Shown here piece by piece: positions 38,025 through 50,100 of a stretch of DNA of 64,000 bases. Under the pieces are notes generated by a model. The model searched no databases, had not been told where the DNA came from, and saw only the letters and a list, made by a program, of their open reading frames with translations. Numbering within the stretch: position 1 is the first letter of the stretch; each line of letters opens with the position of its first letter. The DNA is from Blepharisma stoltei ATCC 30299. Lineage: Eukaryota; Protista; Ciliophora. The stretch is from NCBI GenBank assembly GCA_965603825.1, contig CBFDEM010000052.1, forward strand, positions 1 to 64,000. The letters are read 5' to 3'. A program made the position numbers and the translations under genes.

Positions 38025-38861
38025 TTAAGCTTCAGGGTCAAAGGGTTTTGCAGAGACTTTCAATTCGAAATTAGGCTTTCTGAGATATGTAAACAAAGAA
38101 TTTTCTAGAAGTTCATCTATCAGATCTTTGGACCCCTGAGAGGCATTGTTTTCAGGTAAATACGTGTAAAGCCAAGACTCATCTAAATTCCTCTTTTCTT
38201 TTGTTTTAGAAAATAAAGAAAATTGTTCTTGCTGTGGGTTTTCTAAGTTGACTTCCCCAGTAATTTCTCCATTGACTGACATCCACTCTAGCTTATACTT
38301 GCTCCCTTGATATCCTTCCAAAGTTTTCCTTGCTCCTGAGTGGCTGGCAAATCTTAAAATTGCGTATCGAGTTCTCCCATCAGACTCCACCCCCATTTCA
38401 ATATGCAGGATCCTGGTCGGATTCAAGAAAAGCCCTCTCACAGTTAGCTCATCAGACATTGGGCTAAGGTTCGAGATCTTTACTGCCTTGTTAAACGTGT
38501 TTTGTGACGGGAAAATTTGTTTTTGCAAGTTCCTGAGCAGGTTTTCGTATTTAGTTTGATCAGCAATAAATAGATGCTTATAGTCTTGCAGCAGTTCACA
38601 TGCCTCTTTGGTTTTCCCTTGCTGATGTAAAATCCCTGCCAGATCTTTGACTGCACTTTCTGGCCTTTCGCCAATCTCAATTGCTTGGCGATATAATTGC
38701 TCAGCTTTTGACAGATCTTTTTCAATATACTCCGCGATTTTTGCGAAGGCGTAAGGTGTCTGTTCACGAGGTATCGGATAATGCTGCCTATGAAAAGTGG
38801 CATTAGTGATGTATCGTTGGAAATTTCCTCTTAAATTAAGTCCTCTACCACCAGTCGCCAT
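38025..38861 (-). CDS. TPR protein (MS5/TDM1/SDI1-like N-domain) + RRM-like domain
   Basis: TPYAFAKIAEYIEKDLSKAEQLYRQAIEIGERPESAVKDLAGILHQQG, then RNP-like VKISNLS..YAILRFAS. Confidence 0.8.
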   Translation of the reverse strand: MATGGRGLNLRGNFQRYITNATFHRQHYPIPREQTPYAFAKIAEYIEKDLSKAEQLYRQAIEIGERPESAVKDLAGILHQQGKTKEACELLQDYKHLFIADQTKYENLLRNLQKQIFPSQNTFNKAVKISNLSPMSDELTVRGLFLNPTRILHIEMGVESDGRTRYAILRFASHSGARKTLEGYQGSKYKLEWMSVNGEITGEVNLENPQQEQFSLFSKTKEKRNLDESWLYTYLPENNASQGSKDLIDELLENSLFTYLRKPNFELKVSAKPFDPEA

Positions 38862-38952
38862 TTTTTGTTTATAAACAAAGGAAAGTTAATGTAAACTGCA
38901 GCTGTCTTTTTATTTTTTTAAAATCCATTTCTAAGCTTTCTTACAATTATTG

Positions 38953-39444
38953 ATGTCAGCGCTAATAGATGGTGCGTTTCTGGAGTGCAGCAGTAAGAAG
39001 ATTCACAATATTTCTCCTAATTCAAGGCTTACCCCGATTAAAATTACATTAAATCAGCCAGTCATTTTACCGAAGACCTCACCGAGAGCTGTAAGAAGTA
39101 ATACGACGCAGTATAAAACGTTCGTAAGCGATAAAAATGTTTGTGTACTCGAAGTACCAAATCTTTACAGTAATGCCAGCAAGCTAAGGCAACCGATTAA
39201 GTACAGTAAAGCGCATCAATTGTTTTCGTCAGCGAGGAGGCCTGAAAAGTTTAAAGAAGATCACAGGGCTTATATTTCATATGAAGCGTCCCTGTCGTTT
39301 AGAAATGCTGCAACCCCAACAAGAGGGATGCAGCCAGCGAAAATTAAAAAATCGCCAAAATCGCACAGACGGACTACTTCAGTGGGCTTTACTCCAAAAT
39401 TTCAAATGGAGGGAAAAATGCTGAACGGAGGTAGCATAAGCTAG
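38953..39444 (+). CDS. Hypothetical basic S/T/P-rich protein (163 aa)
   Basis: ORF divergent from the 38861 gene; ends TAG. Confidence 0.7.
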   Translation: MSALIDGAFLECSSKKIHNISPNSRLTPIKITLNQPVILPKTSPRAVRSNTTQYKTFVSDKNVCVLEVPNLYSNASKLRQPIKYSKAHQLFSSARRPEKFKEDHRAYISYEASLSFRNAATPTRGMQPAKIKKSPKSHRRTTSVGFTPKFQMEGKMLNGGSIS

Positions 39445-39596
39445 TTTTAACCTTAATTTTGGCACTTTTAAAATCTATTAATATCTAATGGCTTATTCTT
39501 CCGTTAGACCTTATTTTACAGCTGTAAATAAGATATTTCTTCAATTTCATTAAACCTGATGCAAGATGCGTTTGGTGAATAATTCTTGTGGTAAAA

Positions 39597-40562
39597 ATGG
39601 ATTACGTTGACCAATTCATGGGATGTCCTGCGAGAAAGTTCTCCCTAACTGAAACTAAGTATGATCAAAGCAAATTTTATGGAAGACTTAAGTATTTCCT
39701 CAGCCTCGTCAATCCTATGGGACTTCTGTACACCCAGGCTCAAGCAGATGAAGCCAAACAGGTCTTAGAAGATTACAAGAATGGCACCTTAAAACGGCAA
39801 TACACAGACGAAGAATTATGGCATGCCAGATGGCTCAAAGAGGCTGTTTTTCATCCAGACACTAACGAGCCTATTATGAAGCTTTTTAGGCTTTCAGCTT
39901 TCGGAGCAGTCAATATACCAATTGGCATTGGAATGCTTTTATCGCCTAAGACCCCATTCAACATTGCTTTTTGGCAAGCCATTAATCAGACTAACAATGT
40001 AGGCTTCAATTATTGCAATCGCAGCATTAACAATCCTTTCACAAATATGCAGTTGATTTGTTCCTACCTTCTTGCTACCTCGAGCTCAGTTATTATTGGC
40101 CTGAAATTCGATAAATTTATCACTCGCCATTCAGGAAATTCAGTACTGCTGCGCACTCTTGGCCCTGCTACAGCTGTGGCGGTGGCTGGATGCTTTAATC
40201 TTTTGGTTATTCGATATAGAGAATTATATGAAGGAATAAGTGTCTATGATGAAAACGGAAAAGACTTAGGAAAAAGCAAAATCGCAGCAAAAGATGGGCT
40301 GTCGAAGACCTTAGCAATCCGTTTCGGATTTCAATACCCAGTCTGCTTTGTCCCTGTTATTACAGCGCTTGGGATGAGAAAGATGGGAATTTACCCAACT
40401 GCAGGTATTGGAAAAGTGCTAGCTGAAGTCTTTGTGATATCTTTATCAGTCTTCGGAGTGCTGCCATGCTGCTTTGCAGCATATCCTCAGATGCTGCACG
40501 CTGACAAGCTGGAGCCTGAATTTAAGTCAAATGCAGGGTTCTGGTACAACAGAGGACTTTAG
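39597..40562 (+). CDS. SFXN: Sideroflexin (mitochondrial tricarboxylate/serine carrier)
   Basis: YDQSKFYGR, HPDT, FWQAINQT.NVGFNYCNR, GKSKIAA and C-terminal YNRGL. Confidence 0.95.
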   Translation: MDYVDQFMGCPARKFSLTETKYDQSKFYGRLKYFLSLVNPMGLLYTQAQADEAKQVLEDYKNGTLKRQYTDEELWHARWLKEAVFHPDTNEPIMKLFRLSAFGAVNIPIGIGMLLSPKTPFNIAFWQAINQTNNVGFNYCNRSINNPFTNMQLICSYLLATSSSVIIGLKFDKFITRHSGNSVLLRTLGPATAVAVAGCFNLLVIRYRELYEGISVYDENGKDLGKSKIAAKDGLSKTLAIRFGFQYPVCFVPVITALGMRKMGIYPTAGIGKVLAEVFVISLSVFGVLPCCFAAYPQMLHADKLEPEFKSNAGFWYNRGL

Positions 40563-40603
40563 ATAAAATGATTAAGAAATTAATGTAATGCAATTAAGCA
40601 TAA

Positions 40604-40894
40604 TTAGTGATCTATTACCAGCAGCTCATATACGTTTGGGTCCTGGAAGGATTTTCTGTTCTTTCGCGACTTATAGTAGGTGTGTCCGATAATAGAAAAG
40701 AAGACCAAATGATAAAAACCTGCAGATAGAAAAGCTCCAAGAGCGTGACTTGGCTTGTCAGAGACGTCTAGGTCTTTTACGTCGAAAGCGCACAGAAATG
40801 CGATATAAGTCTGAGTAAGAGTTACCAAGAATCACCCGCCGAAGAATGATAACAAGATCCAGTAATAGAAACAAAACGATTTGAGACTAGACAT
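40604..40894 (-). CDS. Small 2-TM protein, RNase-kappa / V-ATPase subunit f-like (~91 aa spliced)
   Basis: ATG 40894 MSSLKSFCFYYWILLSFFGGW(TGA)FL, probable 15-nt intron 40811-40825, second TM AFLSAGFYHLVFFSIIG. The family call is tentative. Confidence 0.65.
40811..40825 (-). other. Probable 15-nt spliceosomal intron GTAACTCTTACTCAG
   Basis: GT..AG, 15 nt, A at position 10. It is in frame and stop-free, and removing it gives a cleaner TM helix. Confidence 0.6.
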
Positions 40895-41056
40895 TGATAT
40901 TTCATTTTGTTTTTACTCTCCAAGGAGTTAAATGTTTTAATAATTTGAAAGCTGAAAAATAAGCAATAGTTTGAAGAGTTTAAAAAATTTATGATGGGAA
41001 AAAGATTTTATACAAAATAAAATTAATAATTAAGCAAAACTTGCATGAATACATAA

Positions 41057-42526
41057 TTATTGATTAATTAGTGCAGTCCATTTTTTCAAAGCTAAAAAGA
41101 GCTCGTACTCGGCTCCGCCGAGTTCTGAAGGCTGAATTTCACCTAGTTTTCTTCCGGTAAATAATACTGAGTGACTTGCTTTGGTTCCCATCAAAGCAAT
41201 CACTATTCTGCATATTAAAAGGTCGCACTCCTGAATATTCACAGTAATTGCTATTATTTTACTAATTAAGCACTCCAATGTCCTAAACTGTGCCTTATCC
41301 AAATACGGTTTCAGCTTAATATTATACACAATATCATCAGTTTCCTTAATCCATTTGCATAGAAACTCAACCACTCTTATATCCATCAATAAGGCTTCTA
41401 GCAGGCTATGCTCTAGCCAGTCTAGCATTAAAAATGCCAAAACTCGCGCATCTTTTTCTTGTTTTACCTCAGCCCAGTTATAAGAATTAAGCTGGCGCTT
41501 ATAAACGTGCAATTTTTGCTCAATAGCTGAATTTGTGCTGCTGGGATTCGGAGTCATATAGGTATCGTCAATGCTTGTTGTGACTTCTTGACTAGATCTG
41601 AGAAAAGCTACATAAAGCATGCTATTAAAGCAAGCATCCTCAGGGTCATAAAACGCTTTCGCAACTTGCTGCTTTGTGTAGACTTCTTGATCAGCTCTTT
41701 CTCTTAAAATTGTACAAATTGTGTGAACTATTTTGGGAAGCCCGTTTAGTTGCTTTTCGTTATTTCCATGAAGCAGCACGCTTTGGTTTGCCAGGAACTC
41801 TGGCAAGGAAATAGGTTTTTCTGGGAATAAGACCCGGATTCTGGTCAAAAAGCTGTAAAAATGCTTCACGAATTTCTTTTGTTTTGACGTCTGGATACAT
41901 TTAGGCCTTTTGGATCTCACAATTGAAATTGCGGCTTCTGCGCTCATGTCTGAGGAGTACAGCAAATAGCAAGCAATAGCTAGTCCAGTTCTTCCATATC
42001 CTGCGTGGCAATGGACTGCTAATTTGTTCCCATTATCTATAACGAAACTCATCAGCTGGACCAAACTTACCATAAAGCTGATATTGGGAGCGTGCATATC
42101 CGGCCATCCCATATTATAAAAAAACAAGCCAGCTTCATAAAGCTCTTCAGGCTGATATGAAAACGTATTACCTGCCTGAAGTCCATCTCCACAGTATGGA
42201 TGTTCCCCTGGAAGTTGCAAATTAAAAACACTTGCAATTCCATGCGATTTAAATTGGCCGATTATGTCGTGCTCCTTTATGAGCCTGCTTGAAAGCCTCT
42301 GGGTTGCTAAAATTTTGTCAGTAATCCAATCAGAGTTCAAACCTTTTATTGCAGGATTCGGATGGAGCTTTCAATTTTCGTGTTTACAGTCTGACCCACC
42401 ACAGAAAATGCAGCGAAATTTGTTTCGGTTTTCGAAAGGTCTTGGACGTAGTTTTCCAGCCTGTTTCCTTACATCTTGTAAACCTTGACGAGTATTCTTA
42501 TTTGTTCTTTTAACACAACAAAGCAT
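41057..42526 (-). CDS. PTPDC1: PTPDC1-like dual-specificity phosphatase (~489 aa)
   Basis: ATG 42526 MLCC..; CGGSDCKHENW(TGA)..AIKGLNSDWIT; PGEHPYCG; catalytic HCHAGYGRTG. Confidence 0.88.
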
Positions 42527-42595
42527 TTTTATAACGTATTCGTATTAAAAAAATTATGATGCCCTTTGTTTTTAATTATAAACCCAGTGTTATTA

Positions 42596-43651
42596 TTAAG
42601 TCTTCAATAATTCTTGCAATTTTTCACACGACCACATATCAACGCCTTCTGCCATCTCTTTATAATAGCTTGAGCTTCTTCCTGAATAATATTTCGCCTT
42701 ATTAAGTAAAATTGATTTCTTTTCTTTTGCATTTGAGCACTCTCTTTTCAGCTGGCCTAAATAAGTCTTTTCTACCTGGCTTTCTAATCTCTGAAGCTCA
42801 GACATATCTTGCCTAAGTTCCCTTGCATAGCTAGGCTCAACATAATACTTCACATTCAAATTTCTGGTATATTTTTCATATGAATATTCCCTTGTAGGGT
42901 GGAAAGAAAAATAGTCGCCTTGTGACTGATAAGTAGAGATAACTGATATTAAAAGAAGCAAGATAACAGGCATAAGCTGAAGAAGTGGCAAATAGCCCTG
43001 CCGCTGCCTATTTTGTTGGTTTTGGCCTCTTTGCTGATAATAAGCATTACCATTTGGGAAGTGGACATTTGTGTAGTGGAAACCACCTCTCGGCATAAAA
43101 AAGCTTTCTCCGAAAAACTCTTGGAAAATGTGCTCAGCAAACATTGTGTCGAAGTTTTGAGGGACCCCACTTTGTGGAGTCTCTTCATGGCCGGTCTGGT
43201 CATAAGTTCTCCTTTTAGTTTCATCACTAAGGCACGAGAAAGCTCTGTTAACTTTTTTAAAAGCCTCAGTCGCTTTAGGATGCTGATTCTTATCAGGGTG
43301 AAGCTTTAAGGCTAATTTTTTGTAAGCTTTTTTGATATCATCTAATGAAGCATCTTTGTTTACGCCTAAAATTTCATAAAAGTCTTCTTTCGATAAGATT
43401 TTGTGACATAGCTCTTCTTGGTGTGGGGTGTATGTTGGTGTTTTTGCTTCTTCAGGGGCTTTTGTTTCTTCTTGCTGAGCAGCTCCATGCTTTGCTTTCT
43501 TTTCTTCAGCAAGAGTTAGGTAGCTTTGATTTTCATGACTTGGGTCGAATTTTACTGCTTTTTGGAAGAAGCGTATGGCTTTATCAAAATCTTTGGCTTT
43601 GAGAGCTTGGAAGCCAAGTTCACGGCATTTGTCAGCTTCATCCTTATTCAT
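42596..43651 (-). CDS. DNAJB12/14-like ER J-domain protein
   Basis: [10 protein letters not shown]-terminus, J domain with HPDKN, one TM and a DUF1977-like lumenal domain. Confidence 0.92.
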   Translation of the reverse strand: MNKDEADKCRELGFQALKAKDFDKAIRFFQKAVKFDPSHENQSYLTLAEEKKAKHGAAQQEETKAPEEAKTPTYTPHQEELCHKILSKEDFYEILGVNKDASLDDIKKAYKKLALKLHPDKNQHPKATEAFKKVNRAFSCLSDETKRRTYDQTGHEETPQSGVPQNFDTMFAEHIFQEFFGESFFMPRGGFHYTNVHFPNGNAYYQQRGQNQQNRQRQGYLPLLQLMPVILLLLISVISTYQSQGDYFSFHPTREYSYEKYTRNLNVKYYVEPSYARELRQDMSELQRLESQVEKTYLGQLKRECSNAKEKKSILLNKAKYYSGRSSSYYKEMAEGVDMWSCEKLQELLKT

Positions 43652-43729
43652 TGTAATTTTCTGGGAAATATGAAATTATATTCTCTAGATAAAAATTGAG
43701 TTAATATAAGAATTTGGTTTATTATAAAA

Positions 43730-44581
43730 ATGATATGAATTTTGGGAGCTATAGTTGCTCAAGTTCTTGGAGCAGAAGAAAAAGAAATGTCTGGCCTTGA
43801 TCAGTCTAAAAATAATGGGCTTGATTATGAGGTTGACATTGAAATTTTTAATAGTCCAGCAGACTATGATAACGAGAAAATTCCTTATAGTGGTTATGAA
43901 AATGAAGAAAGACTAGCAAGCTACCCAAGTGAATGGGATTGAACTGTTGCAAACGCAGTTACTGAAGTAAAAAACGAGCGAGGATGCAATAGTTCTTATA
44001 TATTTGCAGCTGTCGGAGCTGTAGAGTCTCTTCTATATCTCCAGGGCCGTACCAATGGTACCCTTTATGAATTTTCAGAGCAGGTCATACTTGATTGTGA
44101 TAAATCCGCAACTTGCAAAGGGGGGAATATTTCAGAGCCGTTTAACTTTATGCAGACTCAAGGAAACGTAATAGAAGCCTTTTACCCTTATGAAGGTAAC
44201 AGCTATCGTTGCCGATTTAATTTGATGCCTCCTGATTTATTATTCAACATTTCAGGATATAGGCAAATTCAGCCTAATAATTATAGTGCATTATATGAAG
44301 CCATTAGAGAAAATCCAGTCGCAGTTTTTATTAATATAAACTCAGAAGAATTTTTTTCATATAAATCAGGAATTTTTAACGACAGTCTTTGCAAGGTTTC
44401 ACCACTGAATCATGCTATGCTTGCTGTTGGGTATAGTGAAAACCAATTTATAAGGTTTAAAAATTCGTGGGGCCCAGATTGGGGTATGGATGGGTATGTT
44501 CTCATTGGAATTAACAACGAAAATGAAAGCCAAGGTGGCTCTTGTGGGATGCTTAAATATGGATTAATTCCATTCGTTTAA
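43730..44581 (+). CDS. Secreted papain-family (C1A) protein with catalytic Cys replaced by Ser (~283 aa)
   Basis: ATG 43730 MIW(TGA)ILGAIVAQVLG signal peptide; PSEWDW(TGA); KNERGCNSSYIFAA at the QxxCGSCW site; FSEQ..DC, CKGG, NHAMLAVGY, KNSWGPDWGMDGY. Confidence 0.92.
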
Positions 44582-44645
44582 TTAATTTCAATGTAAGCTT
44601 ATTTAAATATACTTTCCTTATTCACTTCTTATGCTTCTGAAATAA

Positions 44646-46187
44646 ATGTCATATTCCCAAAAAGAAATAAGAAGATTATCAAGAAGACTAACGCAGAAAA
44701 GATCGAATGCCGATAAAACTGATGGAATCTCATATATCCCTCCATCCATTTGTGAAATTGTGAATATTTTGAAAACAAACCCATCTAGTAGGACCCAGAA
44801 TTTTTTAAATACGTTGGCTGATCTTACAAGAGACATTCCTTTCTTTAAAAATATTTGTGCTGAACTAGATGAAAATGCTCACAAAATGTGCTGCCAATAT
44901 ATGAAATATTGCACCTATAACGAAGGAGAAATTATTTTTAATGCAGGAGACGTCGGCGATCAATTTTTCATTATTTTATTAGGAGAAGTAAAAATTTTTG
45001 TCCCAACCAAAACCGAAGACGATCAAGAGATTATGACCGAAGTTGCAACTTTATCTGAAGGCAAAGCCTTTGGAGAGCTTGCTTTACTAAAAGACCAACC
45101 CCGAGCAGCCACGATTATGTGCACCCAAAAGTCTCATTTTGCAGTTCTCGGAAAAAAAGACTACTTACGTATTCTTGGAAACTACCAGACCTGAAAACTT
45201 GAAGAGTTCATCAGTTTTCTTTCAGCGTTGCCAGCTTTTGCTTCCTGAAGCAAGTCTCATTTGGCTGCTTTAAGCTACTATTTTTCGTTAGCCACATATA
45301 CAAAAAATCAAATCATATATAGGCAGGGGGAGCCATCAGACGGCGTTTATATTGTAAAAAGTGGAGAAGTTGTCCTAAGCCAAGATATCGTGGTCTCAAA
45401 AAACGCATTTTCCGAAATAGACGACAAAGGCAGAAAAATTCAAATTTTGAGAGGAAAATTGCATAGAACTTATCAGGCCAGCTTAGCTATAAAAACAAAA
45501 GGAGAAATTTTTGGCGAAGAAGAAGTCATGGATAACCTGCCAAGAATTATGAGCTGCAGATGCTATACAACTAGAGCTGAAATTTATGTGATTTCTCAGC
45601 TGGAGTTCAAGAGGAGGATAAAATCAGAAGACTCGCTGCTTCATTTCAACGAAAAAAATAAAGTGAAAAAATTAGTGAGAGACAAGGTTTCCAGCTCTAT
45701 AAAGGAAACACACATTAAAGAATTCGATAAGTCTTTTCACGGAAACAGGAGCAGGTTTTCTGTATGAGAAACCAACGAAATGAGAGAAGATGAATTATTG
45801 TCTATCAGAAAAGCCAATCAACGAAGAAATAACTCACTTCTATTTATGAGAATGAAATCGCCCGAACAAACTTTGACAGACACAAAAAGTCCATTTAAAA
45901 CAGCAGTCAAACCTCTCAGCTTGGGCTTTCCAGCTGACTCAGCCAGTTTTACACAGCTGTCAGTAAATAATACAAGTCTTGCCTCACAAACCTCAGGAAT
46001 GATGAATGAGTGCGCAAAGACTTTTACGAATCTTAGAACGAGGAAAATGAATTTTTCAAGGATGGATGAAGCAGAAGTGTCAGATGCAGTCAGCAAAGAT
46101 AAAATTATTCATAAAAAGCTGTGGGACTGCAGCATATTAGGCACAGAAAGGAAATTCAAGCTGAGGATGCTAAAGAAACTGCGATAA
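44646..46187 (+). CDS. Tandem cyclic-nucleotide-binding domain protein (~513 aa)
   Basis: Three track ORFs join through TGA. Motifs FGELALLKDQPRAAT and GEIFGEEE..PR. Confidence 0.9.
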
Positions 46188-46281
46188 TAAAGACTTGGAG
46201 CCAAAATTTTGATAGAATCTGAGTATATAAACAAATTTTATTTTGATTAAATTTTAATTAAAATATTGCTTAAATATAATT

Positions 46282-46746
46282 ATGATTCATTTCGTTCTTC
46301 TCATCAGCCGACACGGGAAAATCAGACTAAGCAAATGGTTTACTACTTATTCACAGAAAGAGAGAGAAGCGATTATGAAGGAGGTCAAACCAATGGTGAT
46401 AGGGAGAAACAGTAAGCTATGCAATTTCTTAGAATTCCAAGAATATACGCTCGTAGCTAAGAGGTATGCAAGCTTATATTTTGCTTTTTGCATTGATAAA
46501 GACGACAATGAGCTACTGACCCTCGATATCATGCATTTCTATGTGGAATTACTTGATAAGTACTTCAAAAACGTATGCGAACTTGACATTATTTTTAATT
46601 TTCACAAGGCCTATTACATTCTTGACGAGATGATCGCGGGAGGATATATTATTGAAACTAGCAAAAAACAAATCAGCAAATATGTCGCGAACCAAGACGA
46701 AATTATGGAAGAGTCAAAGGAAGAAACAACAGCTAAGAAAAAGTAA
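46282..46746 (+). CDS. AP1S: AP-1 adaptor complex sigma subunit
   Basis: MIHFVLLISRHGKIRLSKW, KRYASLYF, NVCELDIIFNFHKAY. Confidence 0.95.
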   Translation: MIHFVLLISRHGKIRLSKWFTTYSQKEREAIMKEVKPMVIGRNSKLCNFLEFQEYTLVAKRYASLYFAFCIDKDDNELLTLDIMHFYVELLDKYFKNVCELDIIFNFHKAYYILDEMIAGGYIIETSKKQISKYVANQDEIMEESKEETTAKKK

Positions 46747-47108
46747 TAAATTTACATATTTTATTTGAATATTTGCTTCTTGCTTCTAATTTTAATACTT
46801 AATATTATTTTTTTACATTTTCAGATGATTTATTCAAATTTTATTATGAAGACTAATTAAATAGTAAATTTCTCTGCATACAATGGAAATTTTGTGCTTG
46901 AAAATGCAATCACTATATTAGCAAAGTAAAAATGATTTAAAAATAAAAAATTATTCACTTCACATATTTTCATCTTCCCGAATCAACTAATTAATCATTT
47001 CTGCTATCAGAAACTACGAATTTCTCTATAAATATTAGTTAGGCTTCGAAATTGATTTTCCTAGAAGCTTTAGATTCCATTTTCATAATTTGATTCCGTT
47101 AAAATTTT

Positions 47109-50100
47109 ATGATTCAAATCTTAAAAGTCGAAGGAATCTCCAATTCAACCTGCCTTGCGTCCTTGGATTCAGCAGAGCTCGTCTTAAAAGACCAATATCT
47201 CTTTTTGCCGCACAATGGAGTGCTCTCCTTACAGTTTGTCTCAGGAAGCCAGCTCGCAGGAGGGGTAATGTTTCCTACAAAATTACTGCAAGACAATGTC
47301 TGCCAATATATTCCTATCTTCAGCCCACCTTTATATATAGACAATTTCCCTGATGAAGTAGAGCCTCCACGCATTTTAGTCAATTGTAGCAAGGTTTTCA
47401 GTACTTGTCCCAGTGTCTCTAGCCTTATTCAAAATTCAGAGCCTGAGACAGCTGCAGTGGATGAAGAAGACATTGAAAGTTTAGCTGAAAATTACAGAAA
47501 ATCAATTGATTTTACCCAAGAAAACAACTCAAAATCGCTAAAAAAAAGAATCGTAGACTTAGAGTTCGACCTTGAAAATATCAATCGGGACCATCAAATT
47601 GAGATCCAAAGAGTCAAGCGAGAAATGCAAGAAACAATTGATAAACTAAGTTTATCAATCGCCAAAGGAGAAATCGCGTACAACAACCAAAAAATCGCGT
47701 GTAACGATATTGCTTCACAAAGAGACTGCTTAGAAAAAATGCTGGAAAATAAAAAAGTCTACGCAAAAGAATTTGAAGAATTTTCTGCAAGAGTCCTACA
47801 GGAGCACCAATACGAAAAAGAAGAACAAGAAAAAATTCACGAAGCCTTAATAAGAAAATATGAACAATTAGCAGAAGATAACATTTCCCTTAAGCGAGAA
47901 AATAACTCTTTACAAGAAAAAATCAGAACTATAAGCTCCAAGCATACAACTGCTTTAGAAAAAAGCAAAGTCTATGAGTCTTATATTGAATTCTTTATAA
48001 GCAAAGAAACAATGTACTCAAATGTGCTGAGTTCCTATCCGAATTTGCATATAGATAAGCTTACCGACCAATTATCATCACTTGTGGTTACTTATGATAA
48101 TTTGCAGAAAACAAATTTTAATAATGTTCAAGAGCTACAGATTCAGACTGCAAAGCTGGGACAAAGCAATAAGAAAAGCCAAGAGCTAGAAATGAGGCTA
48201 AAGGAAGCTTCTTCAATTCATAAATACCATCAAACTGAAATAGAAGCAATGAAGGAAAAAGTGATGCATCTTGAAGAAGAAAAAATGAAGCTGGAATTGG
48301 AGCTTGATAAAGCCATAGCGACACAAAAAGATCAGTTAGGGCAAATTGAAGATTTGACAGGGAAAGTTGAGCTTCTTGGAGAAGAAAAAAGAAGGTCGGA
48401 AATAGAATCAAGCCGAGTGAATGAAGATTATAAGGTTGAAATAGAAGGGCTGGAAGAGAAATTAAGAATTCTTGAAGAAGAAAAAAATGAATTGAGGATT
48501 GAGCTGGAAAAAGCACATAAGGAATACCAGAATGAAATAAAAGAATTGAATGAAAAATTCAACTCAGAGATGGATAAGGCAAATTTGGCCCATCAAAATG
48601 AAGTCGAGCAGTTGAGCCAAAGACTGAGCACTCTTGAAGAAGAAAAAAATGAATTGAGGATTAAGCTGGAGAAAGCACATAAGGAATACCAGAATGAAAT
48701 AAAAGAATTGAATGAAAAATTCAACTCAGAGATGGATAAGGCAAATTTGGCTCATATAAATGAAGAAGAGCAGCTGAGTCAAAGACTGAGTACTCTTGAA
48801 GAAGAAAAGGCTAGCTTGAATATAGAGCAAGTTGAAAATAATAAAAAGCATCAAGCAGAAACAGAAGAGTTAGAAAATAGATTAGTTTTGCTTGAAGAAG
48901 AAAAAAACAAGCTGCACTCTGAGTTAGAAGCAACTTGCCAAGCTCATCAATCTGAAAAAGAAGCATTAGAACAAATAGTGAGCTTACTTGAAGAAGAAAA
49001 AGCCAAGCTGGAAACTGAAATTGAAGCAGCCAATCAATCCTACCTAGCCAAAACCGAAGAGCTCGAAGAAAGATTGATTTCTCTTGGAGAAGAAAAAACT
49101 AAGCTGGGTTCAAAGCTAGATGCCGCATATCATTCCCACCAAGCTGAATCTGAGTCTTTCAAGAAAAAGTTGATTTCTCTTGAAGAAATTAAGAATAAGT
49201 TGGACGCAGAACTCAACAAAGCTTCATCAACCCAAAAAAGCAGCCAAGCCGAAATCGAGTCTTTAAAAAAGAAGCTTCTTTCTCTTGAAGAAGACAAAAA
49301 TAAACTGGATCTAGAGCTCGACAAAGCAACCTCAGTCCACAAGTACCATCAAACTGAAATAGGTGACCTTAAAGGAAAACTAATGGCCCTTGAAGAAGAA
49401 AAAATAAAATCAGACCTTGAGCTTGAAAAAGCCTTGTCAAAAGATAAAGACAGCCAAGTAGAAATTGAAACACTAAACGAAAAGCTAGCTTCTCTCAAAG
49501 ACGAAAAGGTCAAACTAGACTTAGAACTCAATAAAGCGCTATCAGTCCACAAGTATCATCAGACTGAAATAGAAGAACTTAAAGAAAAGCTCATGAACTT
49601 TGAAGAAGAAAAAATAAAACTAAACTTGGAATTAGATAAAAAGACAGAAGAAATGAACAGCCTACAAAATGAAATTCGTGAGCTTGCATACTGTAGAGAG
49701 CAATATTCAGAAATAGCCCAAGAAAAAGAAGCATTAACAAATCAAATTTTTTCGCTGAACGAAGAAATTTCGAATTATCAGTGCAAGATTGATTCTTTGG
49801 CGACTGATGTCAGCTTTTTGCAGAAAGACCTACAAAAAGCAAATGAGGAAAAAATTCAGCTTAGCCAGGAGATTGTCAATATGGCTTCTTCTCATAATCA
49901 AAATGACCCAGATATTGTGGAAAAAATACTTAAAGCTTATTTAATAGCTGGGGGACATCCAAATAATTTTGTGAAGTTATCAGATGGTGTTTATTGTTAT
50001 GGGAATAAGAAAGTTGGGATTTCTATCAAAAACGGAGGACTTGTAGTAAGGGTAGGCGGAGGATATATGTATATTGAAGAGTTCTTAAAGGTCTATGTGC

